From Candidatus Omnitrophota bacterium (GTDB lineage Bacteria > Omnitrophota > Gorgyraeia > Gygaellales > JAQTUX01): DNA of 64,000 nucleotides. This document shows, one piece after another, positions 49,101 through 61,100 of this stretch. The DNA lies in contig JAQTUX010000002.1 of NCBI GenBank assembly GCA_028707125.1, positions 336,355 through 400,354 of the forward strand, given 5' to 3'. How positions within the stretch are numbered: the stretch's first letter is position 1; every line of letters begins with the position of its first letter. A program made the position numbers and the translations under genes. The notes under the pieces are model-generated. The model worked only from the letters and a program-made list of their open reading frames with translations, was not told where the DNA came from and did not search any database.

Positions 49101-52100
49101 CACCTAAGGCATATGCTGCTGCATTGCGGACATCCCAGTCTCCATCTTTTAATGCCTCTATGAGGGCAGGGACGGCAGAGGGGTCGGCGATATTACATAA
49201 GGCATATGCTGCTGCAAAGCGGACACCCGGGCCCTCATCTTTTAATGCCTCTATGAGGGCAGGGACGGCAGAGGGGTCGCCGATTACACCTAAGGCCTCT
49301 GCTGCTTTATGGCGGACAGCCCAGTCTTCATCTTTTAATGCCTCTATTTTTAATGCCTCTATGAGGGCAGGGATAGCAGAGGGGTCGCCGATGTCACCTA
49401 AGGCCTCTGCTACTTTATGGCGGACAGCCCAGTCTTCATCTTTTAATGCCTCTGTAAGGGCAGGGATAGCAGAGGGGTCGCCGATGTCACCTAAGGCATA
49501 TGCTGCTTCGTAGCGGATATGCCGGTCTTCATCTTTTAATGCCTCTGTAAGGGCAGGGATAGCAGAGGGGTCGCCGATTACACCTAAGGCCTCTGCTACT
49601 TTATGGCGGACAGCCCAGTCTTCATCTTTTAATGCCTCTATGAGGGCAGGGACGGCAGGTTTGCCTATCTTAACCAATTGTGCTATGACTTCATCCGAGT
49701 CAGAAGAATTCCCTAAATTCCTCATCAATCTCCTTATCTTCTCCTCACTCACAGCAGTAGTCTCAGCCGTTACAGCTGTAATTGTAGTTAAGGAATGGGT
49801 ATTGATGGGTTGGGCAGATGTGATTGTAGATGTGGAAATTAGCAGGGTTACAGTAATTAGCAGGATAATCAGCGCCTTTTTGGCCAATTTCATCAGAGGC
49901 GGCCCATGTGTCTTAACTGCCCTCCAGGCAAGGTAGGCAAAGAGTACGCCTGCCGCCAAGATAAGTGTTTCCGCAGGATGGCTGACTATGAGCCCAAGTA
50001 TGGCTGCTGTGCTCACCGGCTCAAAGCTGCGCAGCTTGAAGTCGCCCTTGGGGAAGTGGGGCTTATGCTTCTTAGCGAACAGCTTTGCGACTCTGTCTTT
50101 TGTTCGTTTGAACCATTTGTAACCAGACCTTAGAAGTTTTATCAGGTAAGGTAATACCATTAATGCTGCTATTATGCCTATTGCATAGTGTAGGGGCTTT
50201 GATGTAGTGATGAAGGTGTAGGTACTCCTGAAGAAGCTGTCTGCGCCCTCTTTTAACCTGTCCACCTTTTCCTGGATGATCTCTGATAGAGGCACAGGCG
50301 TTGCTGTCGGTGTTGGTGTATTGACGGCTGTCGGGATAGCGACAGGGGTATTTGTCGGAGCCGGCTCAGGAGTGGAGGTTGCTGTCGGCTCAAGGGTGGG
50401 GGTATCGGTCGGCTCAGCGGTCGGGCTTGGTTTGAGGGTATTAGTTGGGGTTGGCTCAAGCGTTGCTGTCGGCTCAGGTACGAGCGTCAAAGTAGGCGCA
50501 TGAGTGGGGGTATCGGTCGGCTCAGCGGTCGGGCTTGGTTTGAAGGTATTAGTTGAGGTCGGTGTCGCTGTGAATGTCGGCTCAGGGACAGGGGTAAAAG
50601 TAGGCGTATGAGTGGGGGTGGGGATACTAGTTGGCGTCGCCGTAGAGGTCGGCGTGTGAGTGGGCGTAAAAGTAGGCGTATGAGTAGGCGTGGGCTGCGG
50701 CGTTGGGGTTATAATTTGAGTTTGAACAGAAGGCTCGTTTTGAATCTTCTTTATAGCTTCAGCGGCTGCGTCTCTAACGGACTCATCTTCATCATTCAGA
50801 AGTTCGTTAAGCACATTAAGCGCCCCTGAATCTCCGATCCTACCTAATGCATTGGCTGCGGAGCGACGGACACCCTCCTCTTTATCATTTCGTGCTGCTC
50901 CAATAAGGGCAGAAATGGCTCGTTTATCACCTACTACACCTAGAATATCTGCTGCATCTGCGCGGACAAAGGCGTCTTCCATTTCTCTAATAAAGTCGGC
51001 AAACAGACTTTTATGCTGTCTCAATATCCTGATAAGAGAGGGGACAGATCGCCTGTCCTTTATTTCCATCAATGCTTCAGACGCAGCTGAACGAAGCGTC
51101 CAGCCGCCTTCTTTTAATGCATTAATAAGTGGCTCTACTGCCTGCGCATCTTTAATTCTACCTAAGATCTTTGCTGCGTGTGAACGAATACTAAAAGACT
51201 GTTTTTTATCTCGTAATACTTTAATAAGATAGGGAACGGCCGGCTTACCAATGCTGACCAACTGTTCTCCGACCACTCCATACACACTATACTCAAGTCT
51301 CAATCTGCTTATTAGATTCTCTATTTCTTCCTCGCTGACATTGGCCGGCTGAAATGCTGTAAGTGGATCGGCTGCTTTCATTGCATCGGCGATTGCTTCG
51401 GGATATTTGCGGAGATTCTCGTAGGCAATGCCTCGGTTTCTATAGAAATCGGGTACTTTTGGGTTAATCTCTATGGCCTTAGTGTAATCAGCGATTGCTT
51501 CGGGGTATTTACGGAGTTTTATGTATATATATCCTCTATGGCTGTAGTAATCCGCGTCATTGGGCTCCAGCTTAATGGCTTCATTACAGGCCTCCAATGC
51601 CTTCTGGTAATCCTCTTGCTCACGGTATTGCGCGGCCTCACGGAAGTAGTCATTGGCTGACTTCTGCTGTTGGGAGATGATCGTTTGTTGCGATATAAAC
51701 GCGGGCATATTGCCGTATTGGGCGGGTGTGGATGCGGGTGTGGATGCCAGCAGGGTCATGATGATCAACAGGTTGATCAGCGCCTTCCTGGCGTATTGTA
51801 CTATCGGCGGGCCCCATGCCTTTATCGCCCTCCAGGCGAGGTAGGCAAAGAGTACGCCTGCCACAAAGATAAGTGTTTCTACAGGATGGCTGACTATGAG
51901 CCCAAGTATGGCTGCTGTGCTCACCGACTCAAAGCTGCGCAGCTTGAAGTCGCCCTTGGTGAAGCGGGACTTAGGAATGAGGCCTGCCGGGGATGCGGCC
52001 GCTTGTTCTGATGTCTTTTCTCCGCAGTATCTGCCCATCAGGCGCAGCAGGCCCTTTGCCTGCTCTTCAATATTGCCCTGGGTCATGCCCATGCGAAGAG

Positions 52101-55100
52101 CGTTATAAGCGGCCAGGCCGTAATTATCCGGGTGGCTCCTGCCGTAATAGTCATCGCAGGCGTCTTTGACCGCGCGCATAAACGACTCCCAGTTCGGCCA
52201 TATCTCGTTATCGCCCCAAGGCGTATTCTCATAATCAACCACGTATCCGGTGCCTCTTAATATCCTCTTTAACCCATCCCGCGCCATAGCCCTCAGGCGC
52301 TCAAACAGCACCCCGTCCAAGACCGCGATGGTCGGGGCGCCGTTCTGCTGAGAATTGGTTATGCTCGTCGGGCCGGCCTCTTTGCCTTTCTTTGAGATCA
52401 TCATGCCGAAATTGGCCCCCTGCTGAATGATCCAGGACGTCACCACATTGTGATCGTCAATGAAGAAAAGGTGGTAGCGCATGCGCGGGTCTATCGCGAG
52501 CAGCTGCTCGAACTTACGCTGCAGATTATAGCCCCACTCGTCGAACCTCCTGCCGCCGATAAGAAATACCGCCCCCCATTCTACTATAAGGTCCCTGTTG
52601 GCCGCGTCAAACATCCGGTCAAGGAACCAATCAAGGCATTTATACGGGACCATCCTGCGTACAGCCGCGATAAATGCCATATCGTAAATCCTGACGCCAA
52701 GGGCCCTGAGTTCCTCCTTTGTTATAAAGACCTTTCCGAACGCGCCGTCAAACAACTGGTCGATCAGGTATTCCTTCTGCTCCTGCTTTATCCGCAGTAA
52801 CTCCTTGATAAATTTATCCTTGTCTTCGGGCTTATGGTCCAGCGCCTCCAACAAAGCATCGGGTATGGCTACCTTAAGCCGTTTCATGTTGTTCTTAACC
52901 AGCTCCTGTATGCCTTCGCCCTGCCAGCGAGTTATGTCCGAGCCCTCGCTGTTGCCGAAGAGGTCGTCCTCAACCACCTTGCCGCTGAATTCAGCGAATA
53001 TCTCGTTGCGCAGGATCTCCGTATGGAGGGAAGAACACCCTGTGATAAAATCGCTCACCCTGCCGGTGATCCTCACCAAGTCTATGTATCCTGTTTTGTC
53101 GTGCCCTTTGGCCTTGACCATGGTATCCCTGAATTCTTCGGCTATCTTTAACACATCGAACATGTAGTCATTATAATTACGCATGCCGTCAAGGACGATG
53201 GTGTGATTGTAGTGATGCACGACTATATTGCTGAAGAACGGGTCTGTGTTATAGCCGTCGTTGACAACGCGGGGTATGGCCAGCGTAGTATTGGTTTCGC
53301 TGGTTGAGAAAATAATCCTCTTGCCTACAGGCGTTACCTTAGCGGTATCTATTTCAACCAGCGGACCGAAAGCGGTAAATCCAAGCGGCCTCCAGGACAC
53401 ATAATCTTTATCGCTCTCCGGCTCCCCTTTCCTTCCTGATTGTTCCTTGATGAAACGGAGCAGGACCCTGCGATATAACAATGTCTGCAGGGCGCGCATA
53501 TCATCGTCATCGGGATAGGCCTCTTCAAACACCTCCGGGCAATACATCCAGTATTCGTTCAGCTCGGATTCCGGATTGCAATACACCTCAACATCCACGC
53601 TGTTTTTACCGTTATAAGGCCTGGGCAATTCGATGCCGCCATATCTGGTTATCAACCTGAGACCGCCCCTTACGACCTCAATAAGCTGCGGGTCCACGAT
53701 ATCCTCTTTGAACCCCTTGATCTTTTTGGAGTAGAATATGCCCATAACGTTCAACTGTTTGCGCGCCGCGAACGGCCCGCCGTTATAACGCGAGAGCACC
53801 CTGTACCAGCCCCTTACCAGGTCGGGCTTGAAGCTGCCCAGCCCTCCGGACATAATAAGCTTGGCGATTATGCCCGCGCAACGCAGCGCCTTGCGCATAA
53901 ATCCCCTGGTGTGCTTTAATGTTATAATTAACGCCCGCAGAAACTTTATTGAAAACTCATATTCCATCTGCAGCACCCAGATATCGCTGTCTCCGATATT
54001 CTTTATCGCGTTCTGTAACTCATAATCCTTGAATGCCCTTGACCAGGCCGTATCAACAGCGTACCCCTTCATTTCATCCTGCCTGGCCTGGCCGCGGATA
54101 AGCAGGGAAACCCGGTGCTTTAATTCGGGATCATCCTCAAGTATCCTGATGAGTTTCCGGGCCCCTCGCAGGTTCGACTTGGCCTTGCCATAAACTTCAT
54201 TTAATCTCTCCAGCGTAAGCGCGAATCTACCCGCGCCCTCTTGCGGCAAGGTAAATATCTTTCCGGGTTGGCGCCCGGATGCCTCCGCGGAAGATGAAAC
54301 ATGATCCTCATCAAACAAAAGGCCTGTTGCGGCTGAAATAAATGGTTCCCCACCAGCCACGGAGAGGTTAACCACTGCCGCAACAGGCCATGAAGTTACA
54401 TATAGCCCGGCTGATCCAAACGATGATACCGGGCTGAAACCAAACCGCTGACCGGTTATTGACTCTATCGCGCTCTTAAACATCCGGAAGCTGCTCATCC
54501 CCGTGCCATCAATCCTGTCATTGATGACGAAGCGGTCAATCTTATCTGGATTATTCAGATATGCGTCCATGGCCGCGATGTTTTCTACCATCCGTATGGC
54601 AGCATTATCCTTGCCGGAGGTCATTTTACGAAGTATGCCGATATGCCGCACTCTTTCTTCCCGCCAATGTTTTAACGAGAACGGCAACATCAGTATGCTG
54701 GCTATATCCGCTATCTCTCTCTCCAGCATATTGAGCGTTTCAAGTGTCGTAGTATCAAATAACAACCGCTTTCCGCTGTTCTGCTGCCCAGCGAAGGCCT
54801 CTTTCTCCGCGGCATACTGCCTGCCGTGCCTTTCCCTGACCAGCATCAGTGCCCCGGATTGTTTTAAGGCATCAAATTCTTCCGCGCTGACCAGATGTTT
54901 ATGAGTGTCTCCGGACTTCTCATCTTGATGCGCCTGGCGGGTAGATATCTGGATGACCATGGCGAAATTATCGGGATGCGCTGCTATCAACCTGCGGCAG
55001 AAGGCCGTCTTTCCTACTCCCGAAGGCCCGATCACGGCTATTACCTTAGATGCGGCGGCGGATGAAGAGGCGCTGTTGTTCATCTCTACTTCTTCGCCTA

Positions 55101-58100
55101 TATAGTGAAGGCCGTATTTAATCTCTTCTTCGCTTAATTGGCTAAGGGGCCTGCTCAGCCCATATCTGCTATCGCCTTCTTTGCCGGAGCAAACTATATG
55201 CAGATCACAATAAAGCTTTTGTTGCTGGACGGAATATTCCAAGAACTGCATCCGGACATAAACACCATCTTTGCTATATCCCTTCCTTTCCATCACCCCT
55301 AACGCCTGTCCAAGATCAAGGCCGGTCTTACCTCTGATAACCCGTATCAGCACTCCTTTAAAATCGCCTGCCAATCCTTCAAGGGTCAAATCCTCTTTCC
55401 TGCCCTGGCCGGCCTGGAAAATGGCCTTAAGCAGAGGATGCGCGATCAAGGCGGCGTGGTTAAGATTCTCTAAAAACTCTGTCAAATCTACAAATATGCC
55501 TTTATTTCTATCAAATACGAATATTTTATTTATCCATTCCCGGGGCACATCCTGCCTGGTCTCAAATACGAGATTATCCATGCCGTTCCATTCGGGGTTA
55601 TTATTAATATTAACCTGCGCCACAACGGACAAGAAATCATCCTTGGGGTACTTGTGGAACTCACACGGCCAGAAAGCATAGTTGATCGCTTCAGCCGGCG
55701 AGACGTCAAACTCCATCAGCCATCTGGTGGCCTTCCAGATCTCAAGTCCATTAGCCGCGATCTCTTTCAGGTCACCAAGATGAAGACGCAGCCCCCTATA
55801 GGTAAATCTTTCCGGGTTATATTCCATACCGGATTTCTCAGCGATCTCACCACCGCGGTAATCACGCGGCACGCCCTTTTCATCAGCAAAGAAATAAGGC
55901 GCAAACAGCGTGTCCGGCTCGGAAGACACCCTCTCTTCAACCGATGGCGCACGGATCGCCTGAACGCTTCCTGCGGCACGGTAGGCGTTGTTTCTTTCCT
56001 TAGTATTCCACCTTCGGAATTGGACGATATAAATACCATTTTTTACCGCGAACTCTAAATTAATGGGGTATTTCAAACGGCTATACATAGCAGCCGCGAT
56101 ATGTATCAAACCGCGGACATCCTTTTCCGCGAGAGAAACGTCTGATCCGTTGATCCCAGTTCTGTCGGCTTCAAAAAAGTCCAATATATTATTAAAGAAA
56201 GAGTATTCCCAGCAATCCGCGTCCCTGTCTTCCTGCGTGCCGCCGGCCAGCCCCCTGGCGGCATTAATAAATACATTGCGGGAATCAACCAGTATAACGC
56301 CGGACGCTTCCGGGTCTATCTGGGCTTGCAAGGCGATCGCCATAGGATACTTATTCGTAGCGTCCACCGCGAAGTTGCTTGCGATGACTCCCAGCACCGC
56401 CTGAACCAGCCCATCAAAGTTTGATATGTTTGGAATGCTCCTGTAGGTTCCCGGCTGAGTGCCTGATATGTCTTCAACTTGATTTGAAGAACGCGCGATT
56501 GTAACATTACTGAAAAACTCCGCGTACTCTAACCACAAAGGCCTTAGGCGCTCCGCGACTAATTTTACTATCCTGTCTTGATACAGTAATCGTTCAATTG
56601 CCCTATACCTTTCTTCGTTACTTTCATTCTCTATGATTATTGACCCGATCTCATCGCCAAGGACCGCCATAATATCTTCATAAAGCCGGGTGGTAACAGC
56701 TATGGTGGGGACTAAGAAGAAATCCCAGAATATCCTGCGATGAAAATCATCTAATGCCGCCAGGGTGCTGGTCTTGCCTCCGATCAACTCCGGAAGCCAT
56801 ATCCCGCCTGCGAAGAAATCGATCCAGTATTGATGAGAGTTTTCTTCTTTTACGTTTTTCTGTTGCCTGTCAGATTCAGCTGCCAGATCCTTAAAGATGC
56901 CTCTTAGCTCCCGGTCATCCCTGCAAAGATGGAGCTTGATACAGTAGTCCATCTCCATCAACAAACCCCTCGCGGCAAGAAAATCATACGCGCCCCAGGT
57001 CTTCTTCGCCAATTTCATCCTGGCATCCTTAAGGACATCGTTTAATACCCTGTCCAACGCGCTGTTTCTCCCGTCGTTATATATATTGAATTTATCGATT
57101 ATTTCCCTGTCCGGATCCTGCCCCATTAACCCCGCTAAAGCGCCATATAACGAAAACTGCCTCTTAACCTCGCCATTGTGATGGAGCAGCTCCGGAAAAT
57201 TATTGATCCTGCTAAGAGCGTCTATATTCCTGTCCAGTAAATCGGTTAAATCCCTCGCCAGATCATAGAACACCGGCGCCAACAAAAATTCCAGGTCTTT
57301 TACCTTCTTGCCTTTAAGGCCGGCAAAAATAGCAAAAACCTCGGTATCATCGCCTTCTCGCAGGGCTTTATATAGCGAAAGGAATTTATCCCCTTGATTT
57401 GAAACCAGATATACCTCGCCCTTGTCTCCGTCTATCATGACCTTGTCTCGGCTATCCAACACAAAGGACCTCTTCTGAGGACATGCCTTTAACAGATAAG
57501 GGCGCCAGTTCACGGGCACATAAGAATATGTTAAGCTGTCAATCCTTGCGATCCGGCCGCTCGCGTCGGCAATAAATGGATTCGGGGACTCCTTACTGTT
57601 CAACACTTCTACGCGCGGTATCCCCAATACCCCCAGGGAAAGATTGATATGGCTGGCGATATTACCCCGGGTTTCTATTTGAATAATGCCCTTTACTCGA
57701 TCGCGATGTCTGGTTATCCAGGACAGCATCTTCTCATCAACATCATGGACCAATAAGACCACATCGCCCTTTTTGCCGAATTCCTTTACTGCGGGCCTGT
57801 CGTTCCCCGGGAGGATCTGCACCAATCTGCCGCTGGCAAAGCCGTCTGTAAGGCCCCAGCCCTGCAGTATGCGATGTATAGACACGGGTAACTCCGCCGG
57901 CCTTGTCTTTCGCGCTTCCCTAATGTCAATATCGCTCTGGGATGCCTTGTCCGGCCAGATATCTTTAACATGATGCCCTGCCTCGATTATCCTTTGTTTC
58001 AGATCAGAGGCGCTTACTGCCGAACTGCTTAAAGAAACCCCCAGTTCATATCTGTCCCTCAAGCGATTATAGAACCCTATTATCCTATACGGCTCGTCAA

Positions 58101-61100
58101 ACAGGTCTATTTCTATTATATAAAGCTCCCATCTGCCATACTTTCCGATATGGGAAAGGTTAGAATACGACCGCTTGTCTATGGCGTTAAGCAGATCACC
58201 CATTTCTCGCGCGGAATCCATATCAGAGTCAAGACACTGGTCAATGTAGTCAAAAATATCAAAACCCGGGTTATTCGCCAATTTCCCTTCTTTCGTAACA
58301 ACCTGGCGCGCCGCGATGGCTTGTAATACAGGATTTACAAAATAACGATTGAAAACCGCCTGATTCACCATAACCGGCATATATTCGGGATTTTCGTTGC
58401 CTTCTCCTAATGGCAGGTTGGGTATTGTGCCCAGGCCCGGCCCTAATCCGGTCAAAATGGCGTTCAACCATTCAATTGTAAAATATCTTATCGGCTCAAA
58501 GACCCCGCTTTGCCACATCTTCTGCCGCATATTGACCTGGCCCAATACGGCCCTATATATCATGTCGTTCGGGCTTATCCCCAGCTTCAACGCGGTTGAT
58601 AGGTCGCTGTGCTTAGGAATATCATACCAGCCCCCTGAGGCGTACTTGCCCCATTCAGTATCCAGCTCAACCAAGTCTTGTCCGTAGCATAAACCGGAAA
58701 CAAGATGCGTAAACCATAAAGATACCGACGAAGGATACATCCTGGCCCTTTGTTTCATCCGCGCGCCTAATTCTCCCAGAATGCATGTGCGCGGAATATT
58801 GCCCAGGTCTTCTCCGCCATCTGTTACCCCGCCGCCGCCGATAATCATACCTTCATAATTACCCCCGCTATAGTGCGGGCTGATGTTAAACTCTATATAA
58901 ACAGTGTGGGCGGCGCCTCGGTCCTTATAGTCCACACTCACGATATTCCTGTGCACGTATATATTCACAAAATCGCTCAGCCGGACAGAAACGGTATCCT
59001 TGCCTATCCCTAACGGCAGGTTCCTCAGGAGCGCCCTTAATACGGGAGAAATCTTGAACTGTTCAGGGTCAAACCCCAGATCGCAGACAGCGCAGGTCTC
59101 TTCATCCCTGATCTCCAGATTAAGGGTATCCAATAGCAGCCGCCTCACCTTTATCTCCACCTTGTTGCTTTTAGCCTTTAAATAGGCGCTATGCAGGAAA
59201 TTAAGCATCTGATTAAAATTGGACACCTCTCCAAGTTCCGGCTCGTTATTCCGCCAGCAAACCGGCCCCTGCAATAAGGCCTCCTTTCCGGATTTATCGG
59301 CCTGGAGAAACGCGCGCTCAAGCTGCCGCAGCTTTTCCTTAAACTGCCCAGCCGTATATTGAGAATTATCCGCAAGGCGCTCTAAAGAATCGGCGAGAAG
59401 CGCAAAATCAGAAAACAAGGCCTCTGGATCCGCCTCTGCTAAGGCGCCGCCTATTACTGCCTTCAACTTTTTATGCGTATCCTCAAAGCTTTCAATGCAG
59501 GGCCTCATGTCCTCTTCTATCTTAACGAAACTCAAATAATCCATCCTGAAATAAGGCCCCTCTAAAACCATTTTTAGAGAATAGCGGTATCCCTTCTCTT
59601 CAAAAGTCCGTTCTTGAGATAAACCGTCAAAAAGGCCCCCGAGCTCAACCGGGACCTCCAGGACAAAGTAATCGCGGACATCCTCCGGGAAACTTCGCGG
59701 GCGCGGAGGCGGCAGGTCTATTAAAGAGGCGCTGACCTTTAACATATATATTTTCCTTACATCGATTATTCTTCTTCTTAGTTCTTTCGGGCCGACAGCC
59801 CTTCCGGCTTTATTATAAATAGTGTGTAATTCGCAAAATTGGGTGGCGAAATCAAATTGAATCGCTGAAGAAGAACCGGCCTGTTCCTTATCTTCCCACC
59901 ACACTCCCATCTCTCTTAATTCCGCGTCTGTGTAGGTTGAAGTCACCTCAACGCCTCTTGCCGCCTCATCGGCAGGCATAAGGCGGGGCTCTGTGATAAG
60001 CGGGTCTTCATCCTTAAGGATAGCGGCTACCAGGCCGGTTATAGTGAGCTCCTGGCCTGAAGCGATCTGCTCCCGCGCCTTAAGGATGGCCCCTGATAAC
60101 ACCTTACCTATATTAAGGCCGTAGGTCCTGTCCTGGATATTGGGCGTGAGGCCGCGGATGATGTAGCCGGGGATATTCGGGCGTACGCCTGAGATAATGG
60201 CGTGTTTGACGTCTTCGCTTACCTTCTCTTCGCCAAATGCATCTTTGTCTCTAAATCCATTGGCTTTGAGTCCTTCTCTGAAGGCTGCCAGGGCCTGGTT
60301 TAGTTCAGGGTCAAATCGCGCCAACTCCGGAAGGTATTTGAGGGCGGCAACCACGTAGTTGGAGAAACCGGTAAGCTTGGGGTTGCCGTGGATATCGTAT
60401 TCCCTGACGGCATAGAAGGATGCCCTGGATACAGGGTCAAGCTCCAACAACTTGTAGAACAAGCTGTCCTTTGACTCTTGATGGCCCTTGCCTGTATCCT
60501 TAAAGTTGTAGCCCTCGCTCACATTTACATTAACGTAGAGACGCATCAGGCGCGTACCCACGGGCCGCAGGCAGGCATCATAGACGATCTCCTCTTCGGC
60601 CATGCGCCTGAGCGCTTCAATAAAGAAATATTTCAGATAAGAGGTCCTTTCGGGAATAAGGTTGATGATGCTGCCGCCTATCTGCTTAAGCATCAATTCT
60701 CTTCCGGGGATAGCCCTGTCGCGCTCGCTTATACGGGGGTCGCCGGTACCGATAACCACCCAGCCCCTGTTCCTGCCCATTTCCTCAAAGACAGACGGCT
60801 TGGTATGCCCATAGGCGCTGACACAGGTAGCTAAGAAGTCTCCTCTTTGATGCTCTATGGCGCTATCCGCGCCCAGCGGCTTGGCAAAGGTATCATTGTC
60901 AACGGTCTTAAGCGCCGCGAATACCGGAACAGGGATATTCCTCTCCTTAAGGAGATTGGCAAACTTTGCTGCCTGCCGGGCGTGGTCATCGCCGCCTATA
61001 AGCACCACTGCCGCGAAATCCCTGACGTTGGCAACGGCGTTCTCCTGGTTCTTATCGTCTAATTTCGCGCGGGAAGAACGGCTGATAATGGAAGGAAGAT

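Larger units (their letters stand above)
48430..51990 (-). repeat. Tandem segmental duplication of a 1.7-1.9 kb module (unit B 48430-50085; unit A 50090-51990): TM anchor, (TPR), HEAT array, PT-linker, then a conserved TM tail
   Basis: Nearly identical DNA blocks occur at 48455-48650 vs 50090-50285 (encoding PVPL(S/A)EIIQEKVDRLKEGADSFFRSTYTFITTSKPLHYAIGIIAALMVLPYLIKLLRSGYKWFKRTKDRVAK) and at 49915-50080 vs 51833-51990 (KGDFKLRSFE(S/P)VSTAAILGLIVSHP(V/A)ETLI...AGVLFAYLAWRA(I/V)K). The repeat interiors are diverged. Confidence 0.85.

Noticed and set aside
48983-49513. Plus-strand 176-aa repeat ORF (…KAYAAALRTSQSPSFNASMR…)
   Set aside because: It is the antisense reading of the 93-nt HEAT-repeat array, whose real coding strand is minus (DPSAIPALIEALKDEDWAVRHKAAEALG…).
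48983-49700. Regularly spaced near-identical 93-nt repeats considered as a possible CRISPR array
   Set aside because: The repeats are directly abutting with no unique spacers, sit in frame inside the giant CDS and encode canonical HEAT repeats.
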